The notes beneath the pieces were generated by a model, which saw only the letters and a list, made by a program, of their open reading frames with translations, was not told the origin of the DNA and made no database searches. Below are positions 6,673-14,270 of a DNA stretch of 64,000 nt, in pieces. Source of the stretch: an uncultured Pseudomonadales bacterium (lineage in GTDB: Bacteria; Patescibacteriota; Microgenomatia; UBA1400; CAYNMC01); contig CAYNMC010000037.1 in NCBI GenBank assembly GCA_964398365.1, forward strand, positions 7,812-71,811, given 5' to 3'. The position numbers were made by a program, and so were the translations under genes. Position 1 is the first letter of the stretch. The number at the start of each line of letters is the position of its first letter.

Positions 6673-8232
6673 TTAAATGTCAACCCTTTTTACCATATAA
6701 GTATCTCTTAACTGATAAGCCAATTGCCGATAATAATTTCTGGTACCGACAGCGGCAATCACTGCCAATTTTTTAAAACCTTTTTGAGCGGCAATTTTTT
6801 CCGCAATACTGATTAACTTTTTCCCTAAACCTTGGTGTTGGATATCCTTTTCCTTTTTACTGATAGCTAAAGCTTGACCAAAAGTATGGACTTCGCGGAT
6901 GATGGCTCGTTGACCGACTAGTCGCAACCGGAGTAAGGCATAAAGCCGATTTTGTTCATCAACATACTGCAAAAAGTACTCTTCTCCCCCACTCGCTTGA
7001 TATTGGCTAATTTTTAATTTTAAGCTTTCCCTTTGAATTTTTAATTTTGAATTTTTAATTTCTCGACAACGGATACATTGACACGCTGTTTTTAAAACCT
7101 GTCTGATATTGGAAATTTTGGTGCCGGCGGCAATATTGGCTACCGGAATGTCGCGACCTAAACGGTTAATTCTTACCCACTCCGGCACGATTTTTTTAAT
7201 TTTGCTCAGTAAACTGATTAATTCTTCATCAGGGTAAGGTTTAAACTTACCTTGTTGGTACCAGCGATAAAGTTCGCTTTGATAGGTAACCACACAGGGA
7301 TAAATTTTAATCATGTCTGGTTTAAAGCGGCTGTCGGTAAAAATGGTTTTAAACATAGCTAAATCTTTTTCAGGATTACTGCCGGGAAGATTAGGCATAA
7401 GATGGTAGCAGATTTTAAAACCGGCATCTTTTAATAATTTGGTGGCTTTAATCGTGGCGGAGACCTTATGACCGCGTTTGATTTTTTTCAAAACATCATC
7501 ATAGATTGACTGAACTCCCAGTTCCACTCGCGTACAGCCTAATTTCCTCATGAGCTTAATTTCCTTTTCATTAATATAGTCAGGTCTCGTTTCTAGGGTG
7601 ATGCCGACAATGCGATACTTAGCCAGTTCATTTCGTCTTTGTTCACTTCTTAAATTTTTGAATTTTAATTTTTCATTTTGATCTTTAATTTTTACTTTTT
7701 GATTTTTAGGGTTTTGGTTGCAAGTAGCGAAGCACTGAGTAATAAACTCAATTTTGTAGTCCCGCGGCAGAACAGACCAGGTTCCGCCCATGACAATAAG
7801 TTCCACTTTTTCGGGTTGATGACCAATGGCTTCATATTGTTTAAGCCGGTAGCGGACTTGGGCGTAAGCATCAAAATTTAAGGCCTGAGCGCGGAGGACC
7901 GCCGGTTCATCACCAAGATAACTTTTGGGCAGATTTTTTTGGTCGGGACAATAAATGCACCTTCCCGGACAGGGATAAGGTTTGGTTAAGACTGCCACCG
8001 GTGAAACACCGGACAAAGTTCTTATTTTTTTTAAACGTAATAAATCTTCAAAAACTTTGTTGGGTTTTAATTTTTTTTTCTTAAGAAGTTCTTGATAAAC
8101 CCTGAAGAGATCAGAATTCCGCAAGAGGGGTTGCCGGCTGGTTTTAGCCCACGAACGCTTTAAGGCCATTAACTTGGCAGCATTAAAGTCAGCCTCTTTA
8201 ATAAAATCAAGAAGCAAGTTTGCTAAGTTCAT
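6673..8232 (-). CDS. elp3: Elp3-type radical SAM / GNAT enzyme (tRNA U34 carboxymethylation family)
   Basis: 519 aa. It has the radical-SAM motif PCPGRCIYCP (Cx4Cx2C), the core GITLETRPDYI...RVELGVQS, and a C-terminal GNAT motif QHQGLGKKLI. Confidence 0.8.
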   Translation of the reverse strand: MNLANLLLDFIKEADFNAAKLMALKRSWAKTSRQPLLRNSDLFRVYQELLKKKKLKPNKVFEDLLRLKKIRTLSGVSPVAVLTKPYPCPGRCIYCPDQKNLPKSYLGDEPAVLRAQALNFDAYAQVRYRLKQYEAIGHQPEKVELIVMGGTWSVLPRDYKIEFITQCFATCNQNPKNQKVKIKDQNEKLKFKNLRSEQRRNELAKYRIVGITLETRPDYINEKEIKLMRKLGCTRVELGVQSIYDDVLKKIKRGHKVSATIKATKLLKDAGFKICYHLMPNLPGSNPEKDLAMFKTIFTDSRFKPDMIKIYPCVVTYQSELYRWYQQGKFKPYPDEELISLLSKIKKIVPEWVRINRLGRDIPVANIAAGTKISNIRQVLKTACQCIRCREIKNSKLKIQRESLKLKISQYQASGGEEYFLQYVDEQNRLYALLRLRLVGQRAIIREVHTFGQALAISKKEKDIQHQGLGKKLISIAEKIAAQKGFKKLAVIAAVGTRNYYRQLAYQLRDTYMVKRVDI

Positions 8233-8331
8233 AACTTATAAACCTTCTTGCCCTAACTCAAGGATGGTAGTTAGGCGATTTTGAGTATAATAGTCTTGGG
8301 AGAAACTCATCTTTTAATTATACCTGATTTT

Positions 8332-8949
8332 ATGTCTCGAGTCGCTAAAATTTATGATCAAATCAGCCGTGATTATGCCTTAAAACGCCACCGGCCTGAT
8401 GAAAAAATGAAACTGGGAGCCAAATATCTTTATCCAGGTATGCGGATTTTAGATCTGGGTTGCGGTCCTGGCCGATTTTATGAATTGATGCCGGCGGCTT
8501 GTCAATATATCGGTTTGGATTTTTCTAGAGGTTTACTTGCCATTGCCCGCCGCGATTATCCTCAGGCAAGCTTTGTTTACGGTGATATGAGTGATGAAAA
8601 AGTTTGGCGCAAATTAGGCCAATTTGATGCCATTTTCAGTTTTGCTTCGTTCCATCATCTTTTGAACCAATTGGTTCAAATAAAAACCTTAAAGCTTTGT
8701 TATCAACACCTCAAAGATAAGGGTTTATTGATGATTGTAGTCTGGAATTTACTCAATGATAAGAAAAAAAGAATCATCAAGCCTTGGAAACTTTCAGATG
8801 GCCAAAAAGTTATCAAAACCTTTTACCGCTCTTATTACGCTTTTACTCCGGAAGAATTAAGAAATTTAACCCTGAAAAGTGGCTTTCAGGTTAAAAAAAT
8901 TTTTTTTCTTAATCATCAAAAAGAATTAGCCTTAATTGCCCAGCGTTAA
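8332..8949 (+). CDS. class I SAM-dependent methyltransferase, Trm9/ALKBH8-like
   Basis: Motif I is ILDLGCGPGRF. The N-terminal VAKIYDQISRDYALKRHRP, then IIKPW, and the C-terminal FYRSYYAFTPEEL resemble Trm9 signatures recalled from memory. The ATG at 8332 is preferred over the TTG at 8281 given in the track. Confidence 0.55.
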   Translation: MSRVAKIYDQISRDYALKRHRPDEKMKLGAKYLYPGMRILDLGCGPGRFYELMPAACQYIGLDFSRGLLAIARRDYPQASFVYGDMSDEKVWRKLGQFDAIFSFASFHHLLNQLVQIKTLKLCYQHLKDKGLLMIVVWNLLNDKKKRIIKPWKLSDGQKVIKTFYRSYYAFTPEELRNLTLKSGFQVKKIFFLNHQKELALIAQR

Positions 8950-8953
8950 ACTC

Positions 8954-9283
8954 TCAACCTTTATATCGTTTATAAAGCAGGGGGTATTCGGTTTTCATAG
9001 TCTGGTAAATATTTGTCGCCAAGTTTAAAGATTCATCAATAAATTTTTCCGGCACACCAGTTTGCTTGATATCTTTGATGATTCTTTTAATATTACTGTT
9101 GGTTTTTAAATGGGCCACGTCCTCAGTTTTTACCAAAACGTCTATTGCCTGCCAAGGTAACTGACGTAAACGCATCCGGTTGATAAGAGGCTGATTGATG
9201 CAGTATTTATTGACCAAGTCATCAATCGGTTTTCTTAAACGTTCCAAAATTTTAATATCGTTTTCTTCTAGATTTTGACTCAT
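8954..9283 (-). CDS. hypothetical protein (109 aa)
   Basis: This is a clean ORF with no recognisable motif. TATAAT lies 6 nt upstream of its ATG. Confidence 0.5.
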   Translation of the reverse strand: MSQNLEENDIKILERLRKPIDDLVNKYCINQPLINRMRLRQLPWQAIDVLVKTEDVAHLKTNSNIKRIIKDIKQTGVPEKFIDESLNLATNIYQTMKTEYPLLYKRYKG

Positions 9284-9289
9284 GAAAAT

Positions 9290-9297
9290 ATTATAAT
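9290..9297. promoter_or_regulatory. palindromic ATTATAAT giving a TATAAT -10 box on both strands
   Basis: The minus-strand TATAAT (9295..9290) is 6 nt from the ATG at 9283. The plus-strand TATAAT (9292..9297) is 28 nt from tRNA-His. Confidence 0.4.
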
Positions 9298-9325
9298 AAA
9301 AAAGTTTATTTCAGAAAAGCTAGCC

Positions 9326-9398
9326 GGTGATCGTAGCTCAATGGTAGAGCGCTAGCCTGTGGAGCTAGAAGTTGCGGGTTCGACTCCCGTCGATCACC
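9326..9398 (+). tRNA. tRNA-His (anticodon GTG) with an encoded G-1
   Basis: The extra 5' G at 9326 pairs with C73. The anticodon loop is CTGTGGA and the T-loop is TTCGACT. A T-run follows. Confidence 0.9.
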
Positions 9399-9414
9399 CT
9401 CTTTTTTAAGCCAA

Positions 9415-10737
9415 TTAACGCTTAAAACTGTTTTTTCTGGCAAAAAAGAGACGGAAGATAATTTTAAAATTGGCGATAAAAATCAAAATCAGCATTGTCA
9501 AAATTATTTGCCTGCTGATAGCTCCTAAAGCCAAAATTAAAAGTCTTAAGTCCCGCCTGATATTAAGAAGTGGCCATTTTATTTTTTTTCTGGTGGCAAC
9601 TTTAATTTCCCGGGAGCTAAAAATATCAAGTAGACTGGCAGCCACGGCAAAAAACCCAAGAATTAAAGCAAGCGGTTCCTGTTTAAGCTTCCAGTAACCA
9701 TAAACCATACCAAAAATAAGGATAATTTCTACATAGCGGTCAAGCACCGTATCAAAAAAAGCGCCCCAGCGGCTTTGTTGAAATTTAAGTCTGGCAATTT
9801 CACCGTCGCAACCATCTAAAATTGAAAGGAACTGAATTGCCAAACCGCCAAATAAAAGCCAAGGATAAGTTCCCTTGAATAAAAACCAGCAAACTGAAAG
9901 GCTTAAAATTAAAGTGACAAGGCTGACAAAATTTGGACTGATGGGGGTTTTTACTAATAATTTAGTGATAAAAGCCGAAATTTTTCGATTTAATTTTTGG
10001 GAAATAACGCCATCTTGGGGCTTTGTAAGACTCTGCAGCAGTTTTTTCTCGGCAAACTTAAAGTCTTCATAGGTATCGCAGTCAGCCCAAAAGTTTTCAC
10101 CAATATCAAAGGCTTTAAGTTTATTTTCCTTAACAAGAATCCTCATGGCATCGCTTAATGAATATTTATTTTTTCTGGTGGCTTTAATAAGGGCCTTAAA
10201 AAGAAAAGGAGAGCAGATAAACATGCCGGTGTCAAAACCATTGTATGGCGAAATCTTCTTCCCAAGAGAAATAACTCGGCCGGCCTTGACAAAAACTTTG
10301 GTGGCTTCCTGAGGATTTTCCATGGTTTTGATTTTTTTATCAACCGCCAGTACTGATTCGTGGGTTTTAAGCGGTACTTGCTGGAGACGTTTGAGAGTGT
10401 CTGGGGCAAAAAGATGGTCAGCCATCAAAAGTACAAAAGTTTTTTTAAAAAATTCTTTGGCCTTTAGCACCGAGACACCATTACCTTTTCGCCAATTTTT
10501 ATTTTCTAGATAAGTAAGGGAAACTCCATATTTTTTACCGTCCTTTAATAAAGCTTTAATTTGGTTGCCTTGGTAACCGATAACGATGACAAAACTACGA
10601 ATGCCCGCTTCTTTAGCAGCTAAAATAATCCGTTCAATAATTGTTAAACCCAATAAAGAAAGCAAACATTTGGGTTTTCCTTGAGCATATTTTTGGATTC
10701 TGGTGCCGTCGCCGGCCGCAATAATCAGGGCTTTCAT
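9415..10737 (-). CDS. bifunctional sugar/alcohol-phosphate nucleotidyltransferase and CDP-alcohol phosphatidyltransferase (IPCT/DIPPS-like fusion)
   Basis: The N-terminus MKALIIAAGDGTRI is an NTP-transferase signature. The C-terminal membrane domain has DGEIARLKFQQSRWGAFFDTVLD, which fits DGx2ARx8Gx3Dx3D exactly. Confidence 0.75.
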   Translation of the reverse strand: MKALIIAAGDGTRIQKYAQGKPKCLLSLLGLTIIERIILAAKEAGIRSFVIVIGYQGNQIKALLKDGKKYGVSLTYLENKNWRKGNGVSVLKAKEFFKKTFVLLMADHLFAPDTLKRLQQVPLKTHESVLAVDKKIKTMENPQEATKVFVKAGRVISLGKKISPYNGFDTGMFICSPFLFKALIKATRKNKYSLSDAMRILVKENKLKAFDIGENFWADCDTYEDFKFAEKKLLQSLTKPQDGVISQKLNRKISAFITKLLVKTPISPNFVSLVTLILSLSVCWFLFKGTYPWLLFGGLAIQFLSILDGCDGEIARLKFQQSRWGAFFDTVLDRYVEIILIFGMVYGYWKLKQEPLALILGFFAVAASLLDIFSSREIKVATRKKIKWPLLNIRRDLRLLILALGAISRQIILTMLILIFIANFKIIFRLFFARKNSFKR

Positions 10738-10883
10738 TTTATCTTAAAATCTTTAAATCTTTACCACTTAAAAATTTGCTGAAGAAAAAAGGCAGGAAGC
10801 TTATTTAAATTATAGCATTTTTAATGTGCGACAGCTTCTTTTCGTTGTTTTCTTGCTAATTTTGAAGTAAAATTAGCCAAAGG

Positions 10884-10959
10884 GCGTCCGTAGCTCAACG
10901 GAGAGAGCGTCTGTCTTCGGAACAGAAGGTTGCGTGTTCGAATCACGCCGGACGCACCA
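10884..10959 (+). tRNA. tRNA-Arg (anticodon TCG), CCA encoded
   Basis: Acceptor GCGTCCG/CGGACGC, anticodon loop CTTCGGA, T-loop TTCGAAT and an ACCA tail. Confidence 0.9.
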
Positions 10960-10997
10960 AGAGAGGAATTTTGGGGAGAAGTTAAGCAGTTAAAAAA

Positions 10998-11073
10998 GGG
11001 TCCGTAGCTCAGTTGGTAGAGCACCTGCCTCTTAAGCAGGGTGTCGAGGGTTCGAATCCCTCCGGACTCACCA
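10998..11073 (+). tRNA. tRNA-Lys (anticodon CTT), CCA encoded
   Basis: Acceptor GGGTCCG/CGGACTC, anticodon loop CTCTTAA and T-loop TTCGAAT. Confidence 0.9.
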
Positions 11074-11801
11074 TTTGAAAAATTTCAAGTTCGCAGGGAA
11101 AGAGACTCAACACAACCCTGATTATTACAAACGCCGCAGTCACCCTCGGCAAAAGCAATTATTCTAGAGCGGAAATCGCTTGGGTTTTGAACATATCATA
11201 TAACATGAATAAGTTACGATACATTTGAGACTATATTTTATCTATCCAAGGATGCCTTAGAAGATTAACAGAGTGATTGAACCCTATCAAAAGAACATTA
11301 CAGGAAGATTTTATTGATCCTAATCTTTATCTTATCCATCAGCCTAAATTATTTAATGACAAGCTGGCAAAACATATCTGCTAACCTATAATATAATTCT
11401 GGAAAGACCGCATCATGCTTTAGAAGAAAAGCTAGCTGGGAAATATTTAGTTGCCAACGCATACAGGCAAAGGAACATTAGCTAAGCTGTTTGGTAATGA
11501 GGTTCAAGTAGATAGAGTAAAAGAGTTTACTAGCAAATCCTTGTTTTCAGGCAAAATGGCACTATTTAATTTTTGGTTAGAACTAAAAGATTTAATAAAT
11601 TTGTTAATCCCACTAGACCAAAATTACTCGGAAATAGTGGCTAAGCTTGATAATAAACTTAGTTCTTAGAATATGTCTAAAAGCAAAGGGCGGCAATGAT
11701 GGTGCACCGGAAAAATAAACAGAGAATAAGATAAACGAAAAGCTGGGGGCCAAAAAGAGCAATTAAACCATCCGCCTGACAGAGCTTATTTTAAGTAGGC
11801 T
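11074..11801. other. stretch of about 730 bp without an intact gene; possibly a degraded insertion next to tRNA-Lys
   Basis: Only short, stop-interrupted, protein-like fragments are present. Examples are ...SRAEIAWVLNISYNMNKLRYI (HTH-like), LNPIKRTLQEDFIDPNLYLIHQPKLFNDKLAKHIC, and the 72-aa ORF at 11451..11669. Confidence 0.35.
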
Positions 11802-12572
11802 TCAATAAAAAAAGGGAACCACAGCTGGTTTGGGCCAAAACTCATTACCTTTGGCTTTAAAGATCGTGCCCGGCAACATAAAAATGTCTTTTTCTTCCGC
11901 AACCTGTTTGCTTTTACTAGGTTTTTCAATGACCGTTTGATTGCAGTTAAAATATTCGGTAAGGGAAATGTCTCCGCTGCCATTGAGATACTCCTCTTTC
12001 TTTAAGAGATAGTCTTCTTCGTCAAACCAGAGATAATGACTAAGAAGATTTCTGCCCGGAAACTGGATATGTTTATCAATGATTTCATATTGGAGACAAA
12101 ATTTTTCCTCACACAGGTCCCTTTTAAGAAAGCGCACCTCTAAGAAATTGTTTTTGGGATCAGCCAACAGTTTTAAATAATTTCTAAAATCGAGTGCTGA
12201 TAAAAGACGGACTGGAGCATGAGAACTTTGCCACCATTGATTGTCCCGAAAATCCAAAATATAAATCTCTTTACCTAATTTAAGCCAAGCAGAAAGCGAG
12301 GCCGGCCTTTCTAAAGCCAAAGAGTCTGGGTCAAGAAGCGTAAGCTGCCAACCGTCATCTACCAATTTAAAATTTGTCTGGCCTGACTTTTTCCCTTTTT
12401 CGTAAAGATAAGAGTAAGCCGTAAACGATTGACATTCAAGATTTTTCTGAATAAATTTCTGCCAGTTTTTATCTTGGAAAATTGTCGTCTGTTGAGAATT
12501 TTTACCTAAAAAGTAAGCCGTTAAAGCTGTCAGAAAAAAAATGGGAAGAAAAATTTTTAGGGAAATTTTCAT
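11802..12572 (-). CDS. hypothetical secreted protein
   Basis: 256 aa with an N-terminal signal/anchor MKISLKIFLPIFFLTALTAYFLG. No recognisable catalytic motif. Confidence 0.55.
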   Translation of the reverse strand: MKISLKIFLPIFFLTALTAYFLGKNSQQTTIFQDKNWQKFIQKNLECQSFTAYSYLYEKGKKSGQTNFKLVDDGWQLTLLDPDSLALERPASLSAWLKLGKEIYILDFRDNQWWQSSHAPVRLLSALDFRNYLKLLADPKNNFLEVRFLKRDLCEEKFCLQYEIIDKHIQFPGRNLLSHYLWFDEEDYLLKKEEYLNGSGDISLTEYFNCNQTVIEKPSKSKQVAEEKDIFMLPGTIFKAKGNEFWPKPAVVPFFY

Positions 12573-12579
12573 CTAGTTT

Positions 12580-12608
12580 ATCTTATCAGTCTTCATTTTA
12601 GGAAACAA
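12580..12608 (-). promoter_or_regulatory. promoter TTGTTT-17-TAAGAT, 7 nt upstream of the ATG at 12572
   Basis: On the minus strand, the -35 box is at 12608..12603 and the -10 box at 12585..12580, followed by aaactagATG. Confidence 0.4.
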
Positions 12609-12611
12609 GTA

Positions 12612-12640
12612 TTGTTAAAATTCTAATTTTTCAGTAAACT
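12612..12640 (+). promoter_or_regulatory. promoter TTGTTA-17-TAAACT, 12 nt upstream of the ATG at 12653
   Basis: Read directly from the sequence. There is no Shine-Dalgarno sequence between the -10 box and the ATG. Confidence 0.35.
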
Positions 12641-12652
12641 TCAGTTAGTTTT

Positions 12653-13783
12653 ATGTCAAACCTTATGGTTAACGGCCTGAGTCATTTAAGATATTTTTGG
12701 CAGGACTTCTACCCTTTTCTGATCGCCTATTTTCTTTTTTTAATTGCCACTTTTTATAGCTTTCGTTTATTAAGAAAAATGACAGCTTCAACTCTTAAAA
12801 ACTTACTTTTTAATTTTTTTATTTTTTTATTTTTACTGGTTAATCTTTTTTATGCCTTGGAGATTTATTATCGCTATATTTTTGATGCCACCGATAATAT
12901 CTTTCAAATAAAAACCACGCAACGCTGGAAAGACCGCCATGTAGTCATCAACGCTTTTGGTTTTCGCAATGACCATTTTTTTGAAGATAAGGCTGCCAAC
13001 GAAATAAGAATTATGGTTTTGGGTGATTCTTATACGTGGGGATACGGCATAAAAAATCAAGCCGACCGATGGTCTGACCTTTTGGGCCAACAACTCAACC
13101 AAGACTGCCGCAATTTTGGCAAAACTGTTAAAATTTATAATCTGGCTTTGCCGGGCATGAGCAGCCGCGACGAGGCCAAACTCATTAAGGATTATCTTTT
13201 AAAATATAAGATTGATGCGGTAGTGATTGCTTATTATCTGGATGATGGTGGTTCCGAATTGACTGCTCGCCATATCCAGCCCTGCTACAACCGGATTTTT
13301 GCTTACCGCTACGTGCCGGTTTTAAGAGAAGCATTGAATGCCTCTTATGCCTTAGAATATTTATACGTTCGTTTTTATCACCGCTTTGTTTTTCCTACCT
13401 TTGGTGAGGTCTGCTGGACCCTAAACTATGAGCAGCAATATTACGATCCGGAATTATGGGTGCGTCATTTGTTAAGGCTTCAAGAAATAATTAATTACAC
13501 CAGAGAAAATCAAGTGACCTTGGCAGTTTTTTTGCTTCCTTATTTGAAGTTTATTGGGCCGGCGTATCCAGCCACCAGTATTCATCAGCGTTTAGTAAAC
13601 TTTTTTGAAGCAAATAAAGTGGCCGTGCTGGATTTATTACCGATTTTTTCCAATTATAAACCAAAAGAATTGATGGTCAGCCAATTTGATTATCATGCAA
13701 ATGAATTGGCTCATCGACTTGCTTTTAAAAGTCTTTACCTTAAAATTAAAGATATTAAACCTTTTAGTTGTCATGAAAAATGA
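12653..13783 (+). CDS. membrane-anchored SGNH/GDSL hydrolase
   Basis: N-terminal transmembrane segments are followed by IRIMVLGDSYTWGYG (GDS block I) and a later DYHAN (block V-like). Confidence 0.7.
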   Translation: MSNLMVNGLSHLRYFWQDFYPFLIAYFLFLIATFYSFRLLRKMTASTLKNLLFNFFIFLFLLVNLFYALEIYYRYIFDATDNIFQIKTTQRWKDRHVVINAFGFRNDHFFEDKAANEIRIMVLGDSYTWGYGIKNQADRWSDLLGQQLNQDCRNFGKTVKIYNLALPGMSSRDEAKLIKDYLLKYKIDAVVIAYYLDDGGSELTARHIQPCYNRIFAYRYVPVLREALNASYALEYLYVRFYHRFVFPTFGEVCWTLNYEQQYYDPELWVRHLLRLQEIINYTRENQVTLAVFLLPYLKFIGPAYPATSIHQRLVNFFEANKVAVLDLLPIFSNYKPKELMVSQFDYHANELAHRLAFKSLYLKIKDIKPFSCHEK

Positions 13784-14268
13784 TTATTTTGGGAATTGAT
13801 CCCGGTACTGCGGAAACAGGCTTGGGGGTGATCGAAGTTGTTGATGGTAAAATCAAACTTCTTCACCATGCCTGCATTAAAACCAAAATTGCCGACACTA
13901 AACCGGCAAGACTGGAGTTTATTTTTGAGGAAGTTGGCAAAACGGTTGACCAGTTTGGCGCAGAAATTTTGGCAATTGAGCAGCTTTTTTTTAATACCAA
14001 TGCCAAAAGCTCTTCCGCGGTTGGTCAGGCGATGGGGGCGGTAATGCTGGCGGCGGCAAAAAGAAAAATTCCGGTGGTTGAATATTCGCCTTTGGCAATT
14101 AAAAAAAATCTCACCGGCTACGGCTGGGCCAAAAAGCCACAATTACAGGCAGCGGTAAGAAAAATTCTTAAAATCCGCAAAATTCCCCGCCCCCAGCATG
14201 CGGCCGATGCCTTGGCGGTAGCTATCTGCCATTATCTTTGTCATGATCAAGCCTTTAGGTCAAAATAA
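13780..14268 (+). CDS. ruvC: crossover junction endodeoxyribonuclease RuvC
   Basis: MIILGIDPGTAETGLGVIE...LAIEQLFFNTN...HAADALAVAICH. Confidence 0.9.
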   Translation: MIILGIDPGTAETGLGVIEVVDGKIKLLHHACIKTKIADTKPARLEFIFEEVGKTVDQFGAEILAIEQLFFNTNAKSSSAVGQAMGAVMLAAAKRKIPVVEYSPLAIKKNLTGYGWAKKPQLQAAVRKILKIRKIPRPQHAADALAVAICHYLCHDQAFRSK

Positions 14269-14270
14269 AA

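Noticed and set aside
7010-7720. Tandem-looking AT-rich repeats inside elp3 (gaatttttaattt twice near 7035..7062; ttttaattttt-type runs at 7650..7710).
   Set aside because: They are in frame and encode Lys/Asn/Gln-rich linker segments (KLKIQRESLKLK and NQKVKIKDQNEKLKFKN). This is low-complexity coding sequence, not a CRISPR array, minisatellite or mobile-element end.
8281-8331. N-terminal extensions given in the track: the TTG start at 8281 for the methyltransferase, 25201 for Acs, 16484 for PMM and 35028 for the membrane protein.
   Set aside because: The extensions add non-conserved residues. In the case of 8281 the extension overlaps a TATAAT promoter box. Internal ATGs at 8332, 25261, 16496 and 35037 give N-termini matching the family patterns.
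10821-11024. A 67-aa minus-strand ORF.
   Set aside because: It overlaps tRNA-Arg(TCG) and tRNA-Lys(CTT) on the opposite strand and has no start context, so it is spurious.
11451-11669. A 72-aa plus-strand ORF as a real gene.
   Set aside because: It is an isolated ORF inside a stop-riddled region, with a TTG start and no recognisable domain. It is treated as part of the degraded region rather than annotated as a CDS.
13771-14142. A 123-aa ORF antisense to ruvC. Similar long antisense ORFs exist at 43092..43436, 58475..58885, 20871..21176 and 22274..22576.
   Set aside because: Each lies fully inside a well-supported conserved gene on the other strand. Their compositions are low-complexity and typical of antisense frames in AT-rich coding DNA.
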